This document shows positions 15,712 to 24,124 of a stretch of DNA of 64,000 nucleotides, one piece after another. A program made the position numbers and the translations under genes. The notes beneath the pieces are model-generated. The model was not told the origin of the DNA. It saw only the letters and a list, made by a program, of their open reading frames with translations, and did not search any database. Where the stretch lies: positions 3,613-67,612 of the forward strand of contig JAZRTR010000043.1 of assembly GCA_045652085.1 (NCBI GenBank). Direction: 5' to 3'. Every line of letters begins with the position of its first letter. The first letter of the stretch is position 1. This stretch comes from Akkermansia sp. (GTDB taxonomy: Bacteria > Verrucomicrobiota > Verrucomicrobiia > Verrucomicrobiales > Akkermansiaceae).

Positions 15712-17118
15712 TCAGTTTTCCGGCAGCGGGCTGAGTTCGATGCGGGTTTGGGTGACGCGGCGGCCATCCGTGCCGGTGACGGTGAAGAGATAGTCACGTA
15801 TACGAATCTGTTCGTTGAGTTCGGGCAGGTGGCCAAGGCAGTCCGTGATATGACCGCCGATGGTGGAGATGCCGCTGTCACTTTCAATTTCACCGAGAGC
15901 GGGCAGAGCTTCCTCCAAATCAAAGAGGGCCATGGCACCGCTGGCGATGTATTGATTGGGGCCCACGGCCAAGAAGTCTCTGGGGTCTTCCTGCTCGAAC
16001 TCGTCCTTAATGTCGTTACCTACGATTTCTTCAATGACGTCATCAAGGTACACGAGGCCGGTCACGATGCCGTGCTCATCCACCACGAGGGCAGAGTGGG
16101 TTTTCTCCGTGGTAAAGAAGTTCAGCAGGTTGTCCAGCTTCATCGTTTCAGGCACCACTTTGATGGTGCGCTTCACGCTCATGATATCCTTGCTGCCACT
16201 GCGCAGCAGCCTCATGATGTCTTTCACGTGCACCCATCCCTTCACGTCATCCAGATGGCCATCCACGAGGGTGAAACGGCTGTGGCGACTGTTCGTGACG
16301 ATGTCCACATTCTCCTCGAAACTGTCATTGATATCCAGCACCTCCACTTCATTGCGCGGCACAAGGATATCACGCACGGCGCGGTCATTCAGCTCCAGCG
16401 CGTTCGTGGAAATCTCTGCTTCCGTGGCGGTCACTTCATGGCTGCGGCCACTTTCCTCCACGATGTGGGCAATTTCCTCCGCGCTGTGGTGGGATTCAGG
16501 AGAGTAGTTCGGATCCACCCCGAAGATGTGGTGAGCGATGCCGTTTGCTGTGTTGTTGAAAAGCTTGATGATAAGGGATGTCCACTTAGCGAAGCGAGTC
16601 ATCCACACGGAAGTGCCCATAGCTACTTCCAGCGGCTTGCGGATGGCGAGGCTCTTGGGCACCAGCTCACCGAGTACGACGTGAGCAAAGGTGAAGAGGG
16701 CATAGGCCAGAGTGTAGGAAATGACGCTTACGACTTCCGGACGCAGGTGCAGATGGAAGCTGAGTACCGGGGCGATGAGGCTGTAAATGAAGGGCTCGCC
16801 CAAGGCACCGAGGGCAAGGGAAGCAAGGGTGATACCTACCTGATTGGCAGAGAGGTATGAATCCAGATGGTTTACGATATTGAGAGCCTTTGCACGCTTG
16901 TTGGCGCTGGCCTTCGTGTCCTGTGATGTTTCTCTCAGCTGGCTGGGGCGCACTCGGGCGCTAGCGAACTCATTCGCCACGAAGAATGCGTTCAGGAAAA
17001 GGAAGAAGCCGATGCCCAGCAGGAAGAGAAAAATGGAAAGAAAACTCGGGTAGTCCCATTGCAGGGTCTTTACTTCATCAGGGGTAAGGAAGAAGAAATT
17101 ATATATCTGGTCTATCAT
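15712..17118 (-). CDS. HlyC/CorC (CNNM) family transporter: DUF21 membrane domain, CBS pair, CorC_HlyC domain
   Basis: N-terminal TM region with FFVANEFASARVRPSQL, LGELVPKSLAI. CBS region RDILVPRNEVEVLD...ALVVDEHGIVTGLVYLDDVIEEIVG. C-terminal transporter-associated domain. Confidence 0.85.
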   Translation of the reverse strand: MIDQIYNFFFLTPDEVKTLQWDYPSFLSIFLFLLGIGFFLFLNAFFVANEFASARVRPSQLRETSQDTKASANKRAKALNIVNHLDSYLSANQVGITLASLALGALGEPFIYSLIAPVLSFHLHLRPEVVSVISYTLAYALFTFAHVVLGELVPKSLAIRKPLEVAMGTSVWMTRFAKWTSLIIKLFNNTANGIAHHIFGVDPNYSPESHHSAEEIAHIVEESGRSHEVTATEAEISTNALELNDRAVRDILVPRNEVEVLDINDSFEENVDIVTNSRHSRFTLVDGHLDDVKGWVHVKDIMRLLRSGSKDIMSVKRTIKVVPETMKLDNLLNFFTTEKTHSALVVDEHGIVTGLVYLDDVIEEIVGNDIKDEFEQEDPRDFLAVGPNQYIASGAMALFDLEEALPALGEIESDSGISTIGGHITDCLGHLPELNEQIRIRDYLFTVTGTDGRRVTQTRIELSPLPEN

Positions 17119-17141
17119 TTTCGGGGTAAGAAGTGAGCCGG

Positions 17142-17402
17142 TTAGAGTTTTTCAAAGACGCCGTGGTCACGCTTCTGCATGACGGTGAAACCGGCTTTCT
17201 TAGCGTCTGATATTGAGAGTGGTGCAAGAATCTTGGGCACGTTTACCTTGCCGATTTTCTTTCTCACCGGGTTTTTGCAGTACAGGCAGTGAGTGAGCGG
17301 TGCACGATCCACCGGGCGCATTAGTTCAAAACCATTGCGACAAAACCGGCAGGATTTCTGGGGATCCTCCGGGTTTTCGGAAATGTATTCGTATATCGGC
17401 AT
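17142..17402 (-). CDS. FmdB-family zinc-ribbon protein
   Basis: MPIYEY...SCRFC...HCLYC: the N-terminal PIYEY box plus two CxxC pairs are the FmdB/CxxC_CxxC_SSSS signature. Confidence 0.75.
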   Translation of the reverse strand: MPIYEYISENPEDPQKSCRFCRNGFELMRPVDRAPLTHCLYCKNPVRKKIGKVNVPKILAPLSISDAKKAGFTVMQKRDHGVFEKL

Positions 17403-17466
17403 AGACGAGCGCGAGCTATTCTGAGAATAGCCCGCGCTTTAAAGATTGTCAAGTGCAAACCGTGGC

Positions 17467-17736
17467 TTACCAGCTGGACTTGGTAACACCGGGAATCATG
17501 CCGGCGTTGGCAAGCTCGCGGAAAGCGATACGGGAGAGGTGGAAGCGACGCAGGAATGCGTGGCGACGACCGGTGAGCTCGCAGCGGTTCACGAGGCGAA
17601 CGGGGGAAGCATTACGGGGGAGCATCGTCAGACCGATGTAATCGCCCTCAGCCTTCAGCTTGGCGCGGAGGTCTGCATAGCGAGCCGCGACAGCTGCCTT
17701 CTTCTTGTTTCTTTCAATCCAGCTTTTCTTAGCCAT
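17467..17736 (-). CDS. rpsN: 30S ribosomal protein S14 (long, non-zinc form)
   Basis: [28 protein letters not shown]...[43 protein letters not shown]. Full-length S14 without the CxxC pairs. Confidence 0.9.
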   Translation of the reverse strand: MAKKSWIERNKKKAAVAARYADLRAKLKAEGDYIGLTMLPRNASPVRLVNRCELTGRRHAFLRRFHLSRIAFRELANAGMIPGVTKSSW

Positions 17737-17752
17737 AACTTTGTGAGCGCGG

Positions 17753-17780
17753 ATTTTACACGACTAAATATTTTTGTCAA
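17753..17780 (-). promoter_or_regulatory. candidate sigma70-type promoter of rpsN (TTGACA-N16-TAAAAT)
   Basis: Minus strand reads TTGACA (17780-17775), 16-nt spacer, TAAAAT (17758-17753). 16 nt remain to the ATG at 17736, so the leader would be ~10 nt with no SD. Confidence 0.45.
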
Positions 17781-17794
17781 GCAGAATTTGTGAA

Positions 17795-17825
17795 ATTTGC
17801 ATAATTTGTCATTGAAAATGCAAAT
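17795..17825. promoter_or_regulatory. inverted repeat ATTTGCAT-N15-ATGCAAAT in the divergent rpsN / permease intergenic region
   Basis: 8-bp perfect arms at 17795-17802 and 17818-17825 (9/10 if extended), just upstream of the rpsN -35 box. Possible operator. Confidence 0.25.
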
Positions 17826-18045
17826 ATACCAGATATACAACGCCTCAGAATGCGAAAGAGTCTATGGCTGGGTATGGATACGAATTCTGAAACGGACTCT
17901 TGCGCAGAAGGGAGATTACGCCCTCCGGTCAGTGAGGATTGCGTGACTTTTCCGCTCAATCAGCTCTTCTCTCTTTACTATGAAAGTACGGGCACTTCTC
18001 CTGTGGGCGAGTTGACCTGTACACGCCTCACTTCGTCCGAACCTG

Positions 18046-19557
18046 ATGAAGATTAGCTCTATGAACAAGACAACACCAACTGACGGAACGCCCCGCCGCA
18101 TGGCTTCATCAGCCACGCTGGGCGTATTCACCTTGGCCATGATAAACGTGGCCGCTATCGTGAGCCTGCGCGGGCTTCCTGCGGAGAGTACCTACGGGCT
18201 CAGTTCTGCATTCTATTATCTATTTGCCGCAGTATTCTTTCTTGTGCCGGTTTCGCTCGTAGCGGCGGAGCTGACTACGGGGTGGCCTCAGAAGGGCGGT
18301 GTATTCCGCTGGGTGGGTGAGGCCTTCGGCACGCGGCTGGGGTTCCTTGCCATCTGGCTGCAGTGGATTCAGACAACTATTTGGTTCCCCACTGTGCTGA
18401 CCTTTGCCGCGGTGAGTATAGCCTTCATCGGGCCTAATCAGAGCTGGGACTCCGCCTTGGCCGCCAATAGTCACTATGTGCTTATCATCGTGCTGCTGGT
18501 GTATTGGCTGGCTACTTTGCTCAACCTTCGCGGTATGAGCACGAGTGGTGCTATCACCAAGTGGGGCGGTTTGCTCGGAACTGTGGTGCCGGCGGCTCTG
18601 CTGGTGCTGATGGGGATGGTATACTGGGGCATGGGGAATCCCATTGATATCAGCATGCAGCCCCGTGACTTCATGCCGGACCTGAGTAAGTTCAGCAATA
18701 TCGTGCTGGCTGCAAGTATTTTCCTTTTCTATGCCGGTATGGAGATGAGCGCCGTGCATGTGAAGGATGTGCGCAATCCCGGGCGTGATTACCCCATGGC
18801 CATTGCTATAGCGGCGGTGCTCACGGTGTGTATCTTCGTGTTCGGTACGCTGGCTATCGGCTTCATCATTCCCGCAAAGGATATTAACCTGGTACAGAGC
18901 TTGCTGGTGGCATTTGACCGCTTGTTTGATTATTTTGAGGTCCCGTGGATGGGAAATGTGCTGGCCGTGTTCCTTGCTTTTGGTGTGCTGGCTCAGGTGG
19001 TGGCCTGGGTGGGCGGTCCGTCCAAGGGCTTGCTGCAGGTGGGTAAGGCCGGCTATTTGCCGCGCTTCATGCAGAACACGAACCGTAATGGCGTGCAGGT
19101 AGGTATTCTGCTGCTGCAGGGTGCTATAGTGACGCTGCTTTCCATCCTCTTTGTGGTGCTGCCCAGTGTGCAGACTGCTTATCAGGTTATCTCTCAGCTT
19201 ACGATAATTCTCTACCTCGTCATGTACATACTCATGTTCGCTGCGGCGATTTATCTTCGCCACCGCGAGCCGAATACTCCGCGTGCCTTCCGTGTGCCGG
19301 GTGGAAACTTCGGCATGTGGGTGGTAGCGGGGCTGGGGCTGCTGAGTAGTGTGCTGGCTTTGGTGTTCAGCTTCATTCCTCCTTCGCAGATTCCTGTGGG
19401 CAGTCCTGCCGTGTATGTGGGTATCCTGATAGTCGGTACCATCATCTTCGTGGGAATACCGCTGCTGATATATGCCATGCGCAAGCCCTCGTGGGCGGAG
19501 CCCGAATCCCTTGCCGAGTTTGAGCCCTTTGGCTGGGAAAAGAAAAATCGTGATTAG
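18046..19557 (+). CDS. APC-superfamily amino-acid permease (glutamate:GABA antiporter GadC-like)
   Basis: About 12 TM helices. N-terminal LGVFTLAMINVAAIVSLRGLPAESTYGLSSAFYYLFAAVFFLVPVSLVAAELTTGWPQKGGVFRWV resembles GadC-type APC transporters. Start may be the Met at 18061. Confidence 0.8.
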   Translation: MKISSMNKTTPTDGTPRRMASSATLGVFTLAMINVAAIVSLRGLPAESTYGLSSAFYYLFAAVFFLVPVSLVAAELTTGWPQKGGVFRWVGEAFGTRLGFLAIWLQWIQTTIWFPTVLTFAAVSIAFIGPNQSWDSALAANSHYVLIIVLLVYWLATLLNLRGMSTSGAITKWGGLLGTVVPAALLVLMGMVYWGMGNPIDISMQPRDFMPDLSKFSNIVLAASIFLFYAGMEMSAVHVKDVRNPGRDYPMAIAIAAVLTVCIFVFGTLAIGFIIPAKDINLVQSLLVAFDRLFDYFEVPWMGNVLAVFLAFGVLAQVVAWVGGPSKGLLQVGKAGYLPRFMQNTNRNGVQVGILLLQGAIVTLLSILFVVLPSVQTAYQVISQLTIILYLVMYILMFAAAIYLRHREPNTPRAFRVPGGNFGMWVVAGLGLLSSVLALVFSFIPPSQIPVGSPAVYVGILIVGTIIFVGIPLLIYAMRKPSWAEPESLAEFEPFGWEKKNRD

Positions 19558-19600
19558 TATTGTTTATTCTCGCACACGCGCGCGATAAAATGCGTGAAAA

Positions 19601-19633
19601 AGCCCGGTGCAGAAATGTACCGGGCTTTTTTTT
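19601..19633 (+). terminator. Rho-independent terminator after the permease gene
   Basis: AGCCCGGT-loop-ACCGGGCT followed by TTTTTTT. Confidence 0.7.
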
Positions 19634-19715
19634 ATCATTTTTCTTGACTAAAGCAAAAGAGGCTGTTAAGGTCGGCTCACGGACTGAGACGCCGAAACGT
19701 GTATATTTAATAATT

Positions 19716-20258
19716 ATGTCAACAGAACTTCCCAGCAAATCTATGGCGCTGCGTAGTGCAGCGAGGGTCGCTATTGTCGCCGCAACCTATAATGAAAAGT
19801 ACACTTCAGCCCTGCTGGAGAACTGTCTGACGGAACTTGCCGAGACTGATGACCGTGTTACGGTTGATGTAGTTCGTGTTCCCGGTGCCTTTGAGGTGCC
19901 GATGATGGTGAAGCACGCTATTGTTAAGGCTGATGTTGCAAAGCGCCCTGACGTGGTAATTGCCCTGGGGGTGATTTTGAGAGGTAGCACAGCTCATGCT
20001 GACTTGGTTGGTACGGCTGTAACGAACCAGCTGCTTTCCATTTCCTGTGAGGAAATGACTCCTGTTATTCATGAAGTGCTGCTGCTGGATAATGAGCAGC
20101 AGGCCTTTGCTCGCTGCATCGCTTCCTCTCTTAACCGTGGGCGTGAGGCTGCTCGTGCTGCGATGGCCATGCTTCACATGCTGGAGGATGAGGGCGAGCT
20201 GCAGAGTATGGTGCGCCGCGCTACATCTGTGAGCCGCACGGCTTCTATTATGCGCTGA
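19716..20258 (+). CDS. ribH: 6,7-dimethyl-8-ribityllumazine synthase
   Basis: From the internal Met at 19716 (MSTELPSK...): VAIVAATYNEKYTSALLENC, VVRVPGAFEVP, ALGVILRGSTAHADLV. The track ORF start at 19560 runs through the upstream terminator and is rejected. ribH-nusB is a conserved pair. Confidence 0.85.
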   Translation: MSTELPSKSMALRSAARVAIVAATYNEKYTSALLENCLTELAETDDRVTVDVVRVPGAFEVPMMVKHAIVKADVAKRPDVVIALGVILRGSTAHADLVGTAVTNQLLSISCEEMTPVIHEVLLLDNEQQAFARCIASSLNRGREAARAAMAMLHMLEDEGELQSMVRRATSVSRTASIMR

Positions 20259-20278
20259 TTTTTAACCTTATTATTTTA

Positions 20279-21166
20279 TTGTCTGTTATGGTTAATAAAA
20301 GCAAAGTTCGCCAGTCTGCCCTGAATCTCATCTATGCTGTGGAGGAGAACGGCGGTGAATTGAATAATTTTGACCTGAATCTCTTCTGGCGTATTTCTCA
20401 GGAGAAGGAAACGGATCATTACCGTGTGGCCATGTGCAAGGCCATTGCTCATGTGGCAAGAGCCTCTGCTGATTCTGCTCGACTGCTGACCACGCGAGTG
20501 GAAGCTGCTGTGGAGGTCATGCATGGAGACCTGACTGCCGGCCGTCTGGTGGCTGATATTGAGCGTGTACAGAAGCGTTCAACTGAGTTTGAGTCTGCTC
20601 TGGCAGCCATGCGCTACTGCGCCAAGGATAAGCGTCAGGATACTACAGACCAGCTGGAGCTCTGCTGTAAGGATGTGCTGAATCTTGCTGTGGCTGTGGA
20701 AGGTCTGGGGCATGATTTGCTGCCCACCTTGCCTGATTTTCCCGTGTATCGTTCCGTACTGGAGCCGCTTAAAAGTGCTGTGTTGCGCCGTGCACGCCTC
20801 ATGGCTGCGGTGGGTGTTCTGAGCAATCCTCTGAAACTGGAGGGGCAGCAGGAGTTCGTGGGGCTGGTGCGTTGTGCGCGTCTGCTTCAGGAGCTGCGCC
20901 CCGAGGCGGAAAAACTTGCCATGGCTATTCTTGAGCGTAAGCCCTTGCTGGATGCTCGTCTGGCAGCACTGCTGCAGAACTATTCCACAGCTCGTCTGGA
21001 CGTGGTGGACCGCTGCATTCTCTACATCGCTCTCTATGAGCTGGAGGTGAACAAGCTGGATACGCCCATCGTTGTTTCTGAGGCGAATGCTCTTGCTGAT
21101 GCCTATTCCGGTGGTAAGAGCGCACCGTTCATCCACGGTATTATCTCTGCAGCTGCAAAATCCTGA
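20279..21166 (+). CDS. nusB: transcription antitermination factor NusB with a large internal insertion
   Basis: N-terminal helix SKVRQSALNLIYAVE and canonical C-terminus RLDVVDRCILYIALYELE...TPIVVSEANALADAYSGGKSAPFIHGII. 295 aa versus ~140 aa typical. Start may be 20288. Confidence 0.75.
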   Translation: MSVMVNKSKVRQSALNLIYAVEENGGELNNFDLNLFWRISQEKETDHYRVAMCKAIAHVARASADSARLLTTRVEAAVEVMHGDLTAGRLVADIERVQKRSTEFESALAAMRYCAKDKRQDTTDQLELCCKDVLNLAVAVEGLGHDLLPTLPDFPVYRSVLEPLKSAVLRRARLMAAVGVLSNPLKLEGQQEFVGLVRCARLLQELRPEAEKLAMAILERKPLLDARLAALLQNYSTARLDVVDRCILYIALYELEVNKLDTPIVVSEANALADAYSGGKSAPFIHGIISAAAKS

Positions 21167-21183
21167 ATTACCCCTTGTGACGC

Positions 21184-22032
21184 ATGGCAAACTTTTTCAC
21201 TAAATTAATTGATAAGTTCCTCGGTGAGCCTGAGATTGATTGGGATGAGCTGGAGGCTGACCTGATTTCGGCAGACATCGGCGCCAAGCGCGTCATTCCC
21301 ATGGTGGAGGAGCTTCGTGAGCGTAATGAGCAGGATGCCTGCGATATCGTGGATTTCATTAAGAGCCAGCTGCGTTCTGCATTTCCGGCTCCTCTTCCTG
21401 CGCTGCCTGAGCCTCAGGATGGTAAGCCCTGTGTCATCATGATGGTGGGGGTGAATGGTGCCGGTAAAACGACAACTAGTGCCAAGCTTGCCTACCGCCT
21501 TCAGAAGCAGGGCAAAAAGGTGCTGCTGGCTGCAGCTGATACCTTCCGCGCTGCTGCCGTGGAGCAGTTGCAGAGCTGGGCACAGCGCCTGAATGTACCG
21601 CTTTACAAGGGGAATCCGAATCAGGACCCCGCTTCCGTGTGTTATGAGGCTCACACTCGTGCGTTGAACTCCGGCGTGGATTATCTTATTTGTGATACTG
21701 CCGGGCGTCTGCACACCCGCCACAACCTCATGGAGGAGCTTTCCAAGATTCGCCGTTCCATTAGCAAGCAGGATGCTTCTGCTCCTCACGCCTGTTATCT
21801 GGTGGTGGATGCCACGACCGGTGGTAACGCCCTCATGCAGGCCCGCGAGTTCCATAAGGCAACCCCGCTGGATGCCGTAGTCGTCACTAAGATGGATGGC
21901 TCGGGCAAGGGTGGCGTGGCTGTGGCCATTCGTGATGAGCTGAATATTTCCCCCATCATGCTCGGTGTGGGTGAAGGGAAAGATGACTTGCTTTCCTTTG
22001 ATGTGAAGGACTACGTGGACAAACTCATGTAA
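21184..22032 (+). CDS. ftsY: signal recognition particle receptor FtsY (NG domain only)
   Basis: GVNGAGKTTTSAKLA (G1), DTAGR (G3), VVTKMDGSGKGG (G4/closing loop). Confidence 0.9.
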   Translation: MANFFTKLIDKFLGEPEIDWDELEADLISADIGAKRVIPMVEELRERNEQDACDIVDFIKSQLRSAFPAPLPALPEPQDGKPCVIMMVGVNGAGKTTTSAKLAYRLQKQGKKVLLAAADTFRAAAVEQLQSWAQRLNVPLYKGNPNQDPASVCYEAHTRALNSGVDYLICDTAGRLHTRHNLMEELSKIRRSISKQDASAPHACYLVVDATTGGNALMQAREFHKATPLDAVVVTKMDGSGKGGVAVAIRDELNISPIMLGVGEGKDDLLSFDVKDYVDKLM

Positions 22033-22040
22033 GGCCTGTT

Positions 22041-23111
22041 ATGGAGAAGTCTTGTTTGCTTGGATACACACGCGAGGCTATGGTGCAGCTCATGGCTGAG
22101 CTGGGGCAGAAGCCTTTCCGTGCAGCTCAGCTGCAGGAATGGGTGTGGAAGCACCGCGCTACCTCGTTTGAGCAGATGAGTAATCTCCCGCCCGCTCTCA
22201 GGACGCAGCTGGAAGAGCGTTTCTGCCTCCGCCCGCTCACGGTGCAAGAGGTGAGTCAGAGTTCTACCGGCGGCACTCGCAAGTTCCTTTCCCGCATGAT
22301 GGATGGCCATTTGGTGGAGTCCGTCATTATCCCCGCAGCTGTGGGGCAGGGTGGTGCTCACAGTGACCGCATCACGCTTTGCGTTTCCTCTCAGGTGGGC
22401 TGCGCCTTTGGCTGCAAGTTCTGCGCTAGTGGTTTGCTGGGGCTCACGCGCAACCTCACCGCCTCTGAGATTCTGGGGCAGATTCTCGCTGCGGAGGAAA
22501 TCAGCGGCACGCGAGTGGATAATCTGGTGTTCATGGGGATGGGTGAGCCCCTTGCCAACATGGACAACCTGCTGGTAGCGCTCACGCAGATTATGGATCC
22601 GCACGGCCTGAACATCGGCGCGCGCCATATCACCATTTCCACTTCTGGTAATGTGCCGGGGCTGCGTCGCTTGGCCGAGTTCGGTAAGCCGCTGCGCTTG
22701 GCCGTTTCTCTCCATGGTGCTAGTGATGATGTGCGCTCTCAGGTGATGCCGGTGAACCGCAAGTGGCCACTCGGCCAGCTTTTGCCGGCTCTGGAGGAGT
22801 GGACTCGTACCAGCAAGCACAAGATTACTTTTGAGTATATCCTCATTGATGGCGTTAATGCTATGCTGCCTGAGGCGGCTAAGCTGGCCCGCATTTGCAA
22901 GCGCCTGAATGCTAAGGTGAATCTCATACCGTACAACACCGTGGAGGGCCTGCCGTGGGTGCGCCCGTCCGAGCAGCATTGCCGCGCGTTCTGCAAGGCT
23001 CTTATCTCTGCCGGTATCCCTGTTACCATGCGCTATGAGAAGGGGCATGATATCAATGCCGCCTGTGGCCAGCTGAGGCTGCGCCGTAAAATCTCGGAAG
23101 AACAGGAATGA
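22041..23111 (+). CDS. rlmN: 23S rRNA/tRNA adenine-C2 methyltransferase RlmN (radical SAM)
   Basis: FRAAQLQEWVW, radical-SAM CAFGCKFCASG, MGMGEPLAN, C-terminal catalytic Cys context NAACGQL. Confidence 0.9.
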   Translation: MEKSCLLGYTREAMVQLMAELGQKPFRAAQLQEWVWKHRATSFEQMSNLPPALRTQLEERFCLRPLTVQEVSQSSTGGTRKFLSRMMDGHLVESVIIPAAVGQGGAHSDRITLCVSSQVGCAFGCKFCASGLLGLTRNLTASEILGQILAAEEISGTRVDNLVFMGMGEPLANMDNLLVALTQIMDPHGLNIGARHITISTSGNVPGLRRLAEFGKPLRLAVSLHGASDDVRSQVMPVNRKWPLGQLLPALEEWTRTSKHKITFEYILIDGVNAMLPEAAKLARICKRLNAKVNLIPYNTVEGLPWVRPSEQHCRAFCKALISAGIPVTMRYEKGHDINAACGQLRLRRKISEEQE

Positions 23112-23144
23112 TAGTTTAAGATTTTTCCCATACTCACGAACTCT

Positions 23145-23768
23145 ATGAAAAAATACATACTTCCGGTTATTCTGCTTGTTCTATTGTTACCCATTGCGGT
23201 CATGTTGTTACGCGGGGATGCGGGGCACTTCTGCTGGGCTCGGAAGTTTTATGGCTGCAGCGGGTCGGTTCCGTTGCATCAGAGGTGGGAGGTGATGGAA
23301 ATCAGCCGAAATTCTCATTCTTTTGGAATGGTCTATGATACTGAGTATTGTGAGCCGGTACTTTGTTCGCTGTCTTTTGAGGTACCAAGATATGCCGATG
23401 AGCGTGAGATTGTAGTACGCATGTTTGCCGAGCAATATGCCGAGGGCGCCATTATTCTGAACGATAAAAACTTTTATGAGGATTATGTGGCCAGTGGTCT
23501 TTCGCCTCGTGAATGGGCTGAATCCGCCGGATTGAGGTGGTTGGAGGGCGGGCCTCGCGCAGAACTGGTACTCCCCTTGGAAAAAGATATGATTCAAGTT
23601 GCTCTGGTATATCGGGCTACGCTGTCTGAAACTGCTCCTCCACATACTCAGCCGTATGTGCTGGCTCATTTGTGCATATTCAACAAGGAGGCTTTGCTGA
23701 AAAATAGAGGCTCGAAGATCGGTAGAATCTTCGAGCTTACTGAGCAAGATTTTTTGTCGGTGGAATGA
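23145..23768 (+). CDS. hypothetical membrane-anchored protein
   Basis: N-terminal TM KKYILPVILLVLLLPIAVMLL. No motif recognised. AT-richer than its neighbours. Confidence 0.45.
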   Translation: MKKYILPVILLVLLLPIAVMLLRGDAGHFCWARKFYGCSGSVPLHQRWEVMEISRNSHSFGMVYDTEYCEPVLCSLSFEVPRYADEREIVVRMFAEQYAEGAIILNDKNFYEDYVASGLSPREWAESAGLRWLEGGPRAELVLPLEKDMIQVALVYRATLSETAPPHTQPYVLAHLCIFNKEALLKNRGSKIGRIFELTEQDFLSVE

Positions 23769-23992
23769 TTAACGCATCAACCGCCGACAGCAGGGCAGAA
23801 CTGACAGATGCCGAGCAGTTCATTATCTCCTGCATTCGAGAACACCCGGGTATTTCTGCCCGGGCGATGGCTGAAAAGCGTGGAATCTCTCCTCGCCAGA
23901 TAGAAAAACACCTCAGTGAAATGAAATTGAGGGGTATTTTGTTGCGCGAAGGGGCCCGCCGAAACGGTATCTGGAAAGTTTGCGGGGAATAA
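23765..23992 (+). CDS. small winged-helix DNA-binding protein
   Basis: ATGA overlap with the preceding ORF. LTDAEQFIISCIREHPGISARAMAEKRGISPRQIEKHLSEMKLRGILLREGARRNGIWKV is a typical wHTH, like the C-terminal HTH of AlbA_2/Schlafen-type regulators. Confidence 0.55.
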   Translation: MINASTADSRAELTDAEQFIISCIREHPGISARAMAEKRGISPRQIEKHLSEMKLRGILLREGARRNGIWKVCGE

Positions 23993-24016
23993 AGTTCGGA
24001 ATAAAGTTCGGAATAA
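23987..24016 (+). repeat. 12-nt tandem repeat GAATAAAGTTCG x2.5 spanning the stop codon of the wHTH gene
   Basis: Read directly: gaataaagttcg gaataaagttcg gaataa. Confidence 0.8.
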
Positions 24017-24054
24017 CGCGTCGCGGTGTGGAGTTGAATTCGGCGGTGGGCGCA

Positions 24055-24094
24055 TGAAAAAAGACGGAGCAAATAACGCTCCGTCCTGTTTCTT
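24055..24094. terminator. bidirectional-looking hairpin terminator between convergent genes
   Basis: AAAAAA-GACGGAGC-AAATAAC-GCTCCGTC-CTGTTTCTT. Confidence 0.6.
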
Positions 24095-24124
24095 AGTTTG
24101 GCTGTGTTGGCCCCTGGGGGCGGT

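Noticed and set aside
15703-16860. 385-aa plus-strand ORF.
   Set aside because: Antisense to the CorC/HlyC gene, which has recognisable DUF21/CBS/CorC motifs. No motifs on the plus-strand frame. A typical GC-rich shadow frame.
17850-18056. 68-aa ORF upstream of the permease, considered as a leader peptide or uORF.
   Set aside because: There is no start context, no hydrophobic or regulatory peptide features, and it overlaps the permease start. It may merely be the 5' UTR. The stem AAGAGTC...GACTCTT in this region was noted, but no known riboswitch motif was recognised.
18220-19263. 347-aa minus-strand ORF, His/Gln-rich.
   Set aside because: Antisense to the APC permease with 12 clear TM helices. 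Shadow frame.
19560-19715. 52-codon N-terminal extension of ribH in the track ORF.
   Set aside because: It runs through the upstream intrinsic terminator (19601-19633). The lumazine synthase homology begins after the Met at 19716.
22011-23048. 345-aa minus-strand ORF.
   Set aside because: Antisense to rlmN (radical-SAM motifs present on the plus frame).
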